Below, one piece after another: positions 1 to 8,901 of a DNA stretch of 64,000 nucleotides. Source of the DNA: Anaeromyxobacteraceae bacterium. Its GTDB lineage: Bacteria > Myxococcota > Myxococcia > Myxococcales > Anaeromyxobacteraceae. The notes under the pieces are model-generated. The model was not told where the DNA came from and did no database searches. It worked only from the letters and a program-made list of their open reading frames with translations. Positions within the stretch are counted from its first letter, which is position 1, and every line of letters begins with the position of its first letter. Made by a program: the position numbers and the translations under genes. Location of the stretch: the NCBI GenBank assembly GCA_047602405.1, contig JASGHJ010000001.1, positions 1,568,001 through 1,632,000 of the forward strand, in the 5' to 3' direction.

Positions 1-36
1 ACTCGCCTCCTCGCGTGCCGCATGCGCTCTGGATCC

Positions 37-105
37 CGTTCGTCCCGAGCCCTTCGACTCCGCCGGCTGGCGCCGGCTACGCTCAGGACGGGCGGAGACG
101 AGGGA
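37..105. repeat. Palindromic repeat family A, A-in-A nested copy
   Basis: CGTTCGTCCCGAGC[CCTTCGACTCC-hairpin-TACGCTCAGGA]GCGGAGACGAGGGACG. Confidence 0.8.
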
Positions 106-116
106 CGCCTTGCGCT

Positions 117-1922
117 TCACGGGACCGCCGCGTTCCCCGCGAGCCGCGCCGCCGCCGGCCCGAGCACGCGCAGGCGCGGGTCGCCGGGGTACGAGTCCCG
201 GAGCCGCCCGACGCGATCGACCGCGGCGGGGCCGTTCCGGTAACGGATCGCCGCCTCCGCCGCGGCCGCGAGGAGATCGGCACCCACGAGGAGCCCGTCC
301 CGGTACAGCCGGTCGAGGTCCACGTCGCAGACCGCGCCCTCCACCTCGCAGCGCGCGAGCATCGTCGCGATGCGCGCCTCGCGGAGCGCCGGCGAGAGCG
401 CCTCGGCGTGGGCCGCCTCGGCGAGCTCGGCGGCGTGGTCGCCGGCGAGGTGGAGCGCGTTCGCGAGGAACACGCGCGCCTGCGGGTTCGACGGCCCGAG
501 CGCCACCGCGCGCCGGGCGGTCTCGAGCGCCGGGCCCGCCTCGCCGCGGCGCAGGTGGACCCACGCGAGCGCGGCCGCCGGCCGGGGCGCCTCCGGTCGG
601 CTCGCCACCGCGCGCTCGAGCCGGTCGCGCGCCTCGTCGAGGTGGCCCGCGCGCGCGGCCGTGAGGCCGAACCACACGTTCGCGGCCGCGTCGCCGGGGT
701 CGACCTCCAGCGCCGCGCCGAAGAGCGCCTCCTCGCTGCGCCAGGCCGGCAGCCGGAGCTCCACCGCGACCGCGCCCGCGAGCGCGGCCGCCCCGGCGAG
801 GCCCACGAGCGCGGCGGCGACGAGGGGCCCCAGGCGCTCCCGCCCGGCGAGCCGCCGGTGCGCGGCCAGGGTCGCGAGCCCCTCGCCGAGGAGCCACGCG
901 AGCCCGAGGGAGGGCAGGTAGAAGTACCGCTCCGGCGCCTCGCCGAGCGACGCGATGGCGACGCCCGCGAGGACGAGCGGCCCGACGAAGAGCGCCGCGG
1001 CCGGCGCAAGCCGCGGGACGCGCCAGGCGAGCAGCGCGAGGACCGCGAGGAGTGCGCCGCCGGCGGCGAGCGCCGCCACCGTGGGGGGATCGACCGGGTG
1101 GCTGACGGACAGCGGCAGCGGCGCCACCGCCCGGGCCGCCTCGCGCGCGAGCGTCGCGAGGAGCTCGGCGGGCGCACCGGCGAGCCGCGGCGTCGCGACG
1201 GGCGGGATGCCGAGCGCCGCGCGCAGGGTGAGCCAGGTGCCGAGCGCGGCCGCGACCGCGACCCATCGCGGCCAGGCGAGGCGCGGGCCGCGGTGCGCGG
1301 CCCAGTCGTCGGCCACGACGGCGAGCGCGATCGCCGCGAAGGACTCCTTCGAGAGCAGGCCCGCGAGGAAGACCGCGTAGAGCGCGAGCGGGTGCGAGAC
1401 CGATCGCCGGAAGGGCAGGAGGAGCAGCGCGAGCGCGAGCACGCCGGTGAGGAGGTCGTAGCGCGCCGAGATCCACGCGACGGTCTCGCTCTGGGCGGGG
1501 TGGAAGGCCCAGAGCACCGCCGCGGCGCACGCCGCCGCGAGGGGCACCCGCCGCCGGACCAGCAGGAGCACGAGGAGCGCCGCCGCGGCGTCGTGGAGGA
1601 GCGCGCTCGCGAGGTGGTGCAGCCACGCCGGGTTCCCGACCGCGCGCACCGCGAGGAACGAGGCGATGGGGAGCGGGCGCCAGTAGCCGCTCGGGCCGTG
1701 GGCCGGCGCGGCGCCCAGGATGAGGTCGCCGGTGAGCGCCTGCGCGAGGTGCTTGCCGCCGTCGGCGAGCGCGTACTCGGTGTCGTCCCAGACGAGCCCG
1801 GCGCGGACCGTGGGCAGGTAGAGCGCGGCCGCGCCGAGCCCCACGCACAGCGCGAGGACCCGGGCACGGTCGGCCAGGAACCTGCGGGCGGGGTGGGGCG
1901 GAGGGGTGGGGGTCCCGGGCAT
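117..1922 (-). CDS. TMTC-like GT-C membrane glycosyltransferase with C-terminal TPR repeats
   Basis: Multi-TM protein with motifs LVWDD, YWRPL, HPAQSETVAWISARYDLL, LSKES and ERYFYLPS, followed by TPR-like helices; start chosen at ATG 1922 (MPGTPTP). Confidence 0.75.
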   Translation of the reverse strand: MPGTPTPPPHPARRFLADRARVLALCVGLGAAALYLPTVRAGLVWDDTEYALADGGKHLAQALTGDLILGAAPAHGPSGYWRPLPIASFLAVRAVGNPAWLHHLASALLHDAAAALLVLLLVRRRVPLAAACAAAVLWAFHPAQSETVAWISARYDLLTGVLALALLLLPFRRSVSHPLALYAVFLAGLLSKESFAAIALAVVADDWAAHRGPRLAWPRWVAVAAALGTWLTLRAALGIPPVATPRLAGAPAELLATLAREAARAVAPLPLSVSHPVDPPTVAALAAGGALLAVLALLAWRVPRLAPAAALFVGPLVLAGVAIASLGEAPERYFYLPSLGLAWLLGEGLATLAAHRRLAGRERLGPLVAAALVGLAGAAALAGAVAVELRLPAWRSEEALFGAALEVDPGDAAANVWFGLTAARAGHLDEARDRLERAVASRPEAPRPAAALAWVHLRRGEAGPALETARRAVALGPSNPQARVFLANALHLAGDHAAELAEAAHAEALSPALREARIATMLARCEVEGAVCDVDLDRLYRDGLLVGADLLAAAAEAAIRYRNGPAAVDRVGRLRDSYPGDPRLRVLGPAAARLAGNAAVP

Positions 1923-2000
1923 GCGAGAGCGCCGAAGATACCCCGTTGCGATATAGATGGCCGCACCCCAGCAGGCACCCGCACTTGACGGAGGCACGGC

Positions 2001-2456
2001 ATGGCACTCGAGGTCGGGAAGAAGGCGCCCGCGTTCTCGCTGCCCGACGAGGACGGCAACACCGTGAAGCTCTCGGACTTCAAGGGCAAGAAGCTCGTCG
2101 TCTTCTTCTACCCGAAGGCCAACACCTCGGGTTGAACGCAGGAGGCCTGCGACTTCCGTGACGAAGTCGACGCGTTCAAGAAGGCGAAGGTGGCGGTGGT
2201 CGGCATCTCCAAGGACTCGCCCGCCGCGCAGAAGAAGTGGAAGGAGAAGTACGAGCTGCCGTTCCCGCTCCTCTCCGACGCCGACACCGAGGTGCAGCAG
2301 GCCTGGGGTGTCTGGAAGGAGAAGAACATGTACGGCAAGAAGGTGATGGGGACGGTGCGCACGACCGTGATCGTCGGGCCGGACGGCAAGGTCGAGAAGG
2401 TCTTCGAGAAGGTGAAGGTCGCGGGCCACGTGACCTCGGTGCTGGAGTCGCTCTAG
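2001..2456 (+). CDS. bcp: Bcp/PrxQ peroxiredoxin, probable selenoprotein (in-frame TGA at codon 45)
   Basis: ATG 2001 with GGAGG upstream reads [16 protein letters not shown]...[22 protein letters not shown]... continuously to TAG 2456; TGA 2133-2135 occupies the peroxidatic Cys position of the PxxxTxxC motif. Confidence 0.9.
2132..2179 (+). promoter_or_regulatory. Putative bacterial SECIS stem-loop
   Basis: Lower stem TTGAACGC/GCGTTCAA (2132-2139/2172-2179); upper stem CGACTTC/GAAGTCG (2150-2156/2163-2169); loop CGTGAC starts about 21 nt after the UGA. Confidence 0.7.
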
Positions 2457-2461
2457 TTGGG

Positions 2462-2509
2462 ACCCCTCGCCTCCGCCGCCTGGCGGCAGCCACGCTCGGG
2501 GTCGATCGG
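2462..2509 (+). repeat. Repeat family A, degenerate
   Basis: CCCTCGCCTCC-hairpin-CACGCTCGGG. Confidence 0.65.
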
Positions 2510-2514
2510 ATGAC

Positions 2515-3852
2515 ATGGGAAAGAAGCCTCTGAAGGAACGCCCCCCGCGGCTCGACCTCGTGGACGCGCTCGTGCTCGAGGTGCACGGGCTCGTCCACGA
2601 CCAGGCCTGGCTCGCCGACCGCGCGCTCGAGCGCGTCGTGCGCCGGGAGCGCAAGCTCTGGGCCTCCGAGCGCAGGCTCGTGGCCGAGAGCGTCTACGCG
2701 CTCGTGCGCGCGCAGGGGCAGCTCGACTTCCTGCTCGCGGGCGCGATGCCGGGCGTCCCCGCGCCGGGCGTCGACCTCGCGACCCGCTACGCCGCCTGGC
2801 TCGTCTCGGCGGGCGGCGCCTCCCGCGCCGAGGCCGCGCGGCGCCTCGCGGTGCAGCCCTCCGCGCTCGCGGCGCTCGACGGCGCCCGCGCGCGGCTCGA
2901 CGCCCTGAAGGATCCCCTCGACCGGCTCGCGGTCGAGGCGTCGCTCCCGCGCTGGATCGTGGAGAAGCTCGCCGCGGAGCTCGGCCTCGAGGAGGCGCGG
3001 ACGCTCGCCGCCTCGATGAACGCCCGCGCGCCGCTCACCGTGCGCGCGAACCTGCTCGTCGGCGATCGGGACGCGCTCCGGGAGACGCTGCGCGGGGAGG
3101 GCGTCGGGGCGGAGCCCACCAGGCACTCACCGTGGGGGCTCGTCCTCGACGGGCACCAGAACGCGTTCTCGCTCGCGTCGTTCCGGTCGGGCGCCTTCGA
3201 GATCCAGGACGAGGGCAGCCAGCTCATCGCGCTCGCCGCCGGGGCGCGCCCCGGCTGGACGGTGGTCGACGCCTGCGCCGGCGCGGGCGGGAAGTCGCTC
3301 GCCCTCGCCATGGAGATGCACAACAAGGGCTCCCTGCACGCGCTCGACACCGACGCCGACCGGCTCGACGACGCGCGCCGCCGCGCCCGCCGCGCGCACG
3401 TCCACAACCTGCGCGCGCAGGTCATCCCGGCCGACGAGGCCGCGGTCGAGGCGGTCGCGCCGCTCGCCGGCAAGGCGAAGGTGGTGCTCGTCGACGCGCC
3501 CTGCTCCGGCCTCGGCACGCTGCGCCGGAAGCCCGACGCGCGCTGGCGGCTCAAGCCCGGGGATCCCGAGCGGTTCCAGGCGCTCCAGAAGACGCTCCTC
3601 GGCCGGTTCGCCGCGCTCGCCGAGCCCGGCGGGCGGATCGTCTACGCGACCTGCGCCATCGGCCGGATGGAGAACGACGACGTCGCCGACTTCGCCGAGC
3701 AGGAGCTCGGCCTCGCGCCGGCGCCGCTCGCCGCGACGCTCGGCGAGGAGCGCCTCCGCGCGCTCGGCGGGCAAGGCAACCGGCTCTCGCTGTTCCCGCA
3801 CCGCCACGGCACCGACGGCTTCTTCATGGCCGCGTTCGAGAAGAGGAAGTAG
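2515..3852 (+). CDS. RsmB/NOL1/NOP2/Sun-family RNA m5C methyltransferase
   Basis: IQDEGSQ, DACAGAGGKS, LVDAPCSGLG, YATC and TDGFF motifs. Confidence 0.9.
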   Translation: MGKKPLKERPPRLDLVDALVLEVHGLVHDQAWLADRALERVVRRERKLWASERRLVAESVYALVRAQGQLDFLLAGAMPGVPAPGVDLATRYAAWLVSAGGASRAEAARRLAVQPSALAALDGARARLDALKDPLDRLAVEASLPRWIVEKLAAELGLEEARTLAASMNARAPLTVRANLLVGDRDALRETLRGEGVGAEPTRHSPWGLVLDGHQNAFSLASFRSGAFEIQDEGSQLIALAAGARPGWTVVDACAGAGGKSLALAMEMHNKGSLHALDTDADRLDDARRRARRAHVHNLRAQVIPADEAAVEAVAPLAGKAKVVLVDAPCSGLGTLRRKPDARWRLKPGDPERFQALQKTLLGRFAALAEPGGRIVYATCAIGRMENDDVADFAEQELGLAPAPLAATLGEERLRALGGQGNRLSLFPHRHGTDGFFMAAFEKRK

Positions 3853-4749
3853 ATGCCCGAGCTCGCCGAGGTCGAGATCGCGGCGCGGAACCTCCGGCGC
3901 TGGGCGCTCGGGCGCACCCTCGTGGAGCTCGAGGGCGCCCGGGGCGCGGGCTACGTGTTCCGGCCCGCCGGCGCCGCGCGGCTCGCGCGCGCGCTCGAGG
4001 GCGCGCGGTTCACGCACGTCGACCGGCACGGGAAGCAGCTCATGCTGACCCTCGAGCGCGACGCAGAGGGCCCATGCTGCCGGGGTGGGGCCCCGATGAG
4101 CCTTGCTCAGCGGGGCGGGGGGCGCCGAGCCCCCCGTGAAACAGGCCTGCTCGCGCACCTCGGCATGACCGGGAAGTGGCTGAGGAGGAAGGCCTCCGAG
4201 GAGCCGCCGCGCTTCTCCCGCGCCCGGCTCGAGCTCGACGACGGCCACGCGCTCCACTTCGTCGACCAGCGGCTCTTCGGGCGGCTGCGCCTCGTGCCGG
4301 AGGCGCGGTTCGACGCGGTGCCCGAGCTCGAGGCGCTCGGCCCGGATCCCCTGAAGGACGGCATCGACGTGCCCCGGCTCGCGGGCCTGCTCGCGCGCTC
4401 GCGGCTGCCGGTGAAGGTCCGCCTCATGGATCAGGCGATCCTGCCGGGCGTCGGCAACATCGTGGCCTCCGAGTCGTGCTTCCGCGCGAGGGTGAGCCCC
4501 CGCCGCAGGAGCGCGTCCCTCGCCCGCGGCGAGGTCGAGGCGATCGCGGGCGCCATCCTCGACACGGTGCAGGACGCCATCGCCCGGCAGGAGGGGCCGG
4601 AGCTCCAGTACGTCGAGGAGGGCGGCGAGAACCCGTTCCTCGTCTACGACCGCGCGGGCGAGCGGTGCCCGCGCTGCAAGCGCGGGAAGATCGAGCGCTT
4701 CGTGCAGGCCCAGCGCGCGACCTTCCACTGCCCGCGCTGCCAGAAGTAG
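3853..4749 (+). CDS. mutM: Fpg/MutM DNA glycosylase with a repeat-derived in-frame insertion
   Basis: N-terminal PELAEV, HLGMTG, H2TH (DQ..GVGNI) and C-terminal zinc finger CPRC..CPRCQ. Confidence 0.88.
   Translation: MPELAEVEIAARNLRRWALGRTLVELEGARGAGYVFRPAGAARLARALEGARFTHVDRHGKQLMLTLERDAEGPCCRGGAPMSLAQRGGGRRAPRETGLLAHLGMTGKWLRRKASEEPPRFSRARLELDDGHALHFVDQRLFGRLRLVPEARFDAVPELEALGPDPLKDGIDVPRLAGLLARSRLPVKVRLMDQAILPGVGNIVASESCFRARVSPRRRSASLARGEVEAIAGAILDTVQDAIARQEGPELQYVEEGGENPFLVYDRAGERCPRCKRGKIERFVQAQRATFHCPRCQK
4075..4143 (+). repeat. Repeat family B, in frame within mutM
   Basis: TGCTGCCGGGGTGGGGCCCCG...CGGGGCGGGGGGC...CCCCCCGTGAAACA matches the reverse complement of 55243-55313. Confidence 0.85.
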
Positions 4750-4766
4750 ACTCGCCTCCCGGCATC

Positions 4767-5624
4767 ATGCGCCCCGAGGATCTCGCCACCTGGTCGATCG
4801 CGGAGCTCCGCGAGCGCTTCGTCACGCGCGGCCGGCCGCTGCCCGCCGACTGCGAGGCGTTCCTCGCCCGGGACGGGCGCGCGGGCGTGCAGGCGGTGCT
4901 GAAGGCGGTGCGCGCGCGCCGCACGGCCAACCGCGCCGAGGGCCAGCGGCTCCGCCAGCTCCTGCGCTACGAGACCGAGCTCTGGGAGCAGGGCTGCGTG
5001 CACGTCGCCGGCACCGACGAGGCGGGGATGGCGCCGCTCGCCGGCCCGGTGGTCGCCGCGGCGTGCGTGCTGCCGCACGACTACCGGCCGCGGGGCATCG
5101 ACGACTCGAAGCAGCTCGACGTGGAGGAGCGCGACCGGCTCGCGAAGGACATCAAGGCGAACGCGCTGTGCTGGGCGGTCGCGCGCGCCGAGGTCGACGA
5201 GATCGACCACCTCAACATCTACCACGCGGGCCTCCTCGCCCTGACCCGCGCGGTGCGCGGGCTCTCGGTGACGCCCGGCCACGTGCTCATCGACGCGCGG
5301 AAGCTGCCGCTCGTGAAGCTGCCGCAGACGCCGATCATCCACGGCGACGCGCTCTCGCTCACCATCGCCGCCGCGTCGATCCTGGCGAAGACCACCCGGG
5401 ACGCGCTCATGGCGGAGCTCGACGCCGAGCACCCCGGCTACGGCTTCGCCCGGCACAAGGGCTACCCCACGCCCGAGCACTTCGACGCCCTGCAGCGGCT
5501 CGGGGCCTGCCCGATCCACCGCCGCTCCTTCCAGCCCGTGAAGGTGGCCCTGGGGCTGGCCAGCTCGGCCGCGCAGGGCGATTTGTTTTCACCCGTGGAG
5601 GCGCTGCCGCGAAGGCCCGCGTAG
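4767..5624 (+). CDS. rnhB: Ribonuclease HII
   Basis: [36 protein letters not shown] and HKGYPT motifs; start ATG 4767. Confidence 0.92.
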   Translation: MRPEDLATWSIAELRERFVTRGRPLPADCEAFLARDGRAGVQAVLKAVRARRTANRAEGQRLRQLLRYETELWEQGCVHVAGTDEAGMAPLAGPVVAAACVLPHDYRPRGIDDSKQLDVEERDRLAKDIKANALCWAVARAEVDEIDHLNIYHAGLLALTRAVRGLSVTPGHVLIDARKLPLVKLPQTPIIHGDALSLTIAAASILAKTTRDALMAELDAEHPGYGFARHKGYPTPEHFDALQRLGACPIHRRSFQPVKVALGLASSAAQGDLFSPVEALPRRPA

Positions 5625-5676
5625 CGGGCCGGAGTCCCGAGCGTGGGGCCGCGAAGCGGCCCGGAGCCGGGGGACA
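5615..5676 (-). repeat. Repeat family A at the rnhB 3' end
   Basis: CCCGAGCGTGGGGCCGCGAAGCGGCCCGGAGCCG. Confidence 0.75.
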
Positions 5677-5705
5677 TTGACGCCGAGCGGAGCAGTGGCT
5701 AGAAA
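5677..5705 (+). promoter_or_regulatory. Sigma70-like promoter for pcnB
   Basis: TTGACG-17 bp-TAGAAA. Confidence 0.5.
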
Positions 5706-5792
5706 CGCCCCGAGGACCGAGCCCGACGGTGTCGGCGCGTTCCCCTTCCGCGAGCCCGCGGAGGAGAGGGCGCCCCCCGATCCGGCGACCAC

Positions 5793-7355
5793 ATGCCCCA
5801 TCCAGATCGCGACGACCGCACCCATTCCAGACCCCCTCCCGGCCTGAGCCTCGACCCCGAGCTCCCCGAGCTCGATCACCCGCCGGAGATCCCGCAGGAC
5901 CGGCTCGACCAGGACGCCCTCAAGGTCATCGTCCGGCTCCGCCACATGCGCCACCAGGCCTACCTGGTCGGCGGCTGCGTGCGGGACCTGCTCCTCCACA
6001 AGACGCCGAAGGACTTCGACGTGGCGACCGACGCCCACCCGGGCGAGGTCCGCGCGATCTTCCGCAACTGCCGGCTCATCGGCCGGCGCTTCCGGCTCGC
6101 GCACGTCTACTTCCGCGGCGGCAAGGTCATCGAGGTCGCCACCTTCCGGAAGAACCCGGTCGACGTCGGCGACGACGTGCCCGAGGGATCCGACCTCCTC
6201 ATCACCCGCGACAACGTCTTCGGCACCGCCGAGGAGGACGCCGTCCGCCGCGACTTCACGGTGAACGGCCTCTTCTACGACGTGCTCACCGGCGAGGTGA
6301 TCGACTACGTCGGCGGCCGCCAGGACCTCGAGGACCACCGCATCTCGACGATCGGCGACCCCGAGATCCGCATGCGCGAGGACCCGGTCCGCGCGCTGCG
6401 CGCGATCCGCTTCGCCGCGCGGCTCGGCTTCACCATCGCGCCCGACACCTTCGCGGCGATGCGCCGCCACGCCGGCGAGCTCGCCCGCTGCGCCCCGGCC
6501 CGCGTGCTCGAGGAGATCTTCAAGATCCTCCGCTGCGGCGGCTCGGCCCGCGCCTTCGAGCTCATGCGCGCCTGCGGCGCGCTCGCGGTGATCCTGCCCG
6601 CGCTCGGCGCCGCGTTCGACGGCTGGGACGACGCGAAGCGCCGCGCGTTCTTCGCGCACCTCGCGGCCCTCGACCGCAAGGTCCGGGCCGGCGAGGACCT
6701 CTCCGAGGCCGTCCTGCTCGGGACGCTGCTCGTGCACCTCCCGGTGGACGAGACCGGCGACCGCCCCGAGGCGGACGCGCTCATGACCTCGCTCGTCGCG
6801 ACCTCGCGCCTGCCGCGGAAGATCGCCGAGCGCATCCGGCTCGCGCTCGTCGCGCTGCGCGCCCAGAAGTCGCCCGAGAAGGGCGGCGGCCGGCGCCGGC
6901 GCCGCGGCCGCGGCGGCCCGGGCGCGGTGCAGGACGACGCCATCCCGCTCCTCGAGATCACCGTCGAGGCGACCGGCGAGGGCAAGGAGCTCCTCGAGCG
7001 CTGGAAGAGCGCGCCGAGGAAGCACCACGCCGACCGGGACCAGGACCAGGACGAGCCGGCCCGCGACGAGCCCAGGCGCGCCCGCGAGCCTCGCCAGCGC
7101 ACCGTGGAGATCGACGCCACCCGGGCCGAGCCTGACGACGACGAGGCCGAAGACGACGCGGACGAGGCGGATGACGTTGAGGCCGCTTCTCCCGACCCGT
7201 CAGTCCCGAGCGTAGGGCCGCAAAGCGGCCCGGAGACGAGGGACGCTGCCGCGGGCGACGCCCCCCGCAAGAAGCGCCGCCGCCGCGGTGGCCGCCGCCG
7301 CCGTCGCCGTGGCGCGGGTGCCGCGCCGTCCGGCGGTGGCGCCGCCTCGACCTGA
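5793..7355 (+). CDS. pcnB: Poly(A) polymerase I with acidic and Arg-rich C-terminal tail
   Basis: LVGGCVRDLL, PKDFDVAT, PAP signature LIGRRFRLAHV, RRDFTVNGL and EDPVR. Confidence 0.92.
   Translation: MPHPDRDDRTHSRPPPGLSLDPELPELDHPPEIPQDRLDQDALKVIVRLRHMRHQAYLVGGCVRDLLLHKTPKDFDVATDAHPGEVRAIFRNCRLIGRRFRLAHVYFRGGKVIEVATFRKNPVDVGDDVPEGSDLLITRDNVFGTAEEDAVRRDFTVNGLFYDVLTGEVIDYVGGRQDLEDHRISTIGDPEIRMREDPVRALRAIRFAARLGFTIAPDTFAAMRRHAGELARCAPARVLEEIFKILRCGGSARAFELMRACGALAVILPALGAAFDGWDDAKRRAFFAHLAALDRKVRAGEDLSEAVLLGTLLVHLPVDETGDRPEADALMTSLVATSRLPRKIAERIRLALVALRAQKSPEKGGGRRRRRGRGGPGAVQDDAIPLLEITVEATGEGKELLERWKSAPRKHHADRDQDQDEPARDEPRRAREPRQRTVEIDATRAEPDDDEAEDDADEADDVEAASPDPSVPSVGPQSGPETRDAAAGDAPRKKRRRRGGRRRRRRGAGAAPSGGGAAST
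7204..7244 (-). repeat. Repeat family A, in frame within pcnB
   Basis: TCCCGAGCGTAGGGCCGCAAAGCGGCCCGGAGACGAGGGACG. Confidence 0.85.
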
Positions 7356-7360
7356 GCGAA

Positions 7361-7423
7361 CCCTCGACTTCCCGCCCATCCCGAGCCCCTCCGCGAGCTC
7401 GGGGGTGGCGGAGTCGAGGGACG
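7361..7423. repeat. Repeat family A, composite copy
   Basis: CCCTCGACT...ATCCCGAGC...GCGGAGTCGAGGGACG. Confidence 0.75.
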
Positions 7424-7448
7424 GAAAACCCCCTCGGAGAACGGTCGC

Positions 7449-7477
7449 TTGACCGCTGAGGCGGTGTTTCGTACAAC
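7449..7477 (+). promoter_or_regulatory. Sigma70-like promoter for pyrH-frr
   Basis: TTGACC-17 bp-TACAAC, ending 9 nt before the ATG. Confidence 0.5.
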
Positions 7478-7486
7478 CCGCCGAAC

Positions 7487-8239
7487 ATGGCGAGCCCCAA
7501 AGCGTCCGCGGCGAAGCCCGTCTACAAGCGCATCCTCCTGAAGCTCTCCGGAGAGGCGCTGATGGGCGAGGGCAAGTACGGCATCTCCCCGAAGACGCTC
7601 GTCGCGATCGCGAACGACGTGAAGGACTGCGTCGATCTCGGGGTCGAGGTCGCGCTCACGATCGGCGGCGGCAACATCTTCCGCGGCGTCTCCGGCGCGA
7701 CGGAGGGCATGGATCGCTCCTCCGCCGACTACATGGGCATGCTCGCCACCGTCATCAACGCGATGGCGCTGCAGGACGCGCTCGAGAAGATCGGCGTCCA
7801 GACGCGGGTGCAGTCGGCCATCGAGATGCACCAGGTCGCCGAGCCCTACATCCGCCGCCGCGCCATCCGCCACCTCGAGAAGGGCCGGGTGGTGATCTTC
7901 GCGGCCGGCACCGGCAACCCGTACTTCACGACCGACACCGCCGCCTCGCTCCGCGCCATGGAAATCCACGCGGACGTGCTGCTCAAGGCGACGAAGGTCG
8001 ACGGCGTCTACACCGACGACCCGAAGAAGAACGCGAGCGCCGTGAAGTTCAAGGAGCTCAGCTACATCGACGTCCTGAAGAAGAACCTCAAGGTGATGGA
8101 CTCGACCGCCATCAGCCTCTGCATGGACAACGATCTCCCCATCATCGTGTTCGACTCCACCCTGCGCGGGAACGTGCGCAAGGTGGTCCTGGGCGACGAG
8201 ATCGGCACGACGGTCGGGCGCATGAAGGCGCGGCACTGA
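7487..8239 (+). CDS. pyrH: UMP kinase
   Basis: [27 protein letters not shown] and [11 protein letters not shown] motifs. Confidence 0.98.
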   Translation: MASPKASAAKPVYKRILLKLSGEALMGEGKYGISPKTLVAIANDVKDCVDLGVEVALTIGGGNIFRGVSGATEGMDRSSADYMGMLATVINAMALQDALEKIGVQTRVQSAIEMHQVAEPYIRRRAIRHLEKGRVVIFAAGTGNPYFTTDTAASLRAMEIHADVLLKATKVDGVYTDDPKKNASAVKFKELSYIDVLKKNLKVMDSTAISLCMDNDLPIIVFDSTLRGNVRKVVLGDEIGTTVGRMKARH

Positions 8240-8240
8240 G

Positions 8241-8304
8241 CTTCACGGGGGGCTCGTCCCTCGACTCCGGCCCGCTGCGCGGGCCTACGCTCGGGATGAG
8301 CGGG
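8241..8304 (+). repeat. Family B end plus family A, between pyrH and frr
   Basis: TTCACGGGGGGC-TCGTCCCTCGACTCCGGCCCGCTGCGCGGGCCTACGCTCGGGATGAGCGG. Confidence 0.9.
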
Positions 8305-8324
8305 CAGGCGAAAAGGAGCACTCC

Positions 8325-8888
8325 ATGGGCATGGGCGACGACATCCTGAAGGACATGCACGACGGCGTCCTCGCGACGCTCGACGACCTCCGCCGCGAGC
8401 TCGCCGCCGTCCGCACCGGCCGGGCGAGCCTGCACCTCCTCGACTCGATCCGCGTCGACTACTACGGCACGCCGACCCCGCTGCAGCAGGTGTCGACGCT
8501 GTCGGTGCCCGAGGCGCGCCTCATCGTGGTGAAGCCCTGGGAGAAGAACCTCATCCCGGTCATCGAGAAGGCCATCCGGGACGCCAACCTCGGCGTGAAC
8601 CCGATGTCCGACAAGGACCTCGTCCGCGTCCCGATCCCGCCGCTCACCGAGGAGCGCCGCAAGGAGATCGTGAAGCAGGTGAAGCACAAGGGCGAGGACC
8701 ACAAGATCGCCATCCGGAACAAGCGCCGCGACGCGAAGGAGATGGTCGACGAGGCCACCAAGGACGGCGACATCTCCGAGGACGAGGCGAAGAAGTTCCA
8801 GGAGAAGATCCAGAAGGAGACGGACGACGGCGTGAAGAAGGTCGACGAGATCATCGCCGCCAAGGAGAAGGAGGTCCTGCAGGTCTGA
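8325..8888 (+). CDS. frr: Ribosome recycling factor
   Basis: RTGRAS, VDYYG and IPPLTEERRKE motifs; directly after pyrH. Confidence 0.98.
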   Translation: MGMGDDILKDMHDGVLATLDDLRRELAAVRTGRASLHLLDSIRVDYYGTPTPLQQVSTLSVPEARLIVVKPWEKNLIPVIEKAIRDANLGVNPMSDKDLVRVPIPPLTEERRKEIVKQVKHKGEDHKIAIRNKRRDAKEMVDEATKDGDISEDEAKKFQEKIQKETDDGVKKVDEIIAAKEKEVLQV

Positions 8889-8901
8889 CCTGCAGGCCTT
8901 C

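Noticed and set aside
2001..2135. bcp as a nonsense pseudogene
   Set aside because: The stop is TGA exactly at the catalytic Cys, both halves are intact, and a SECIS-like hairpin follows
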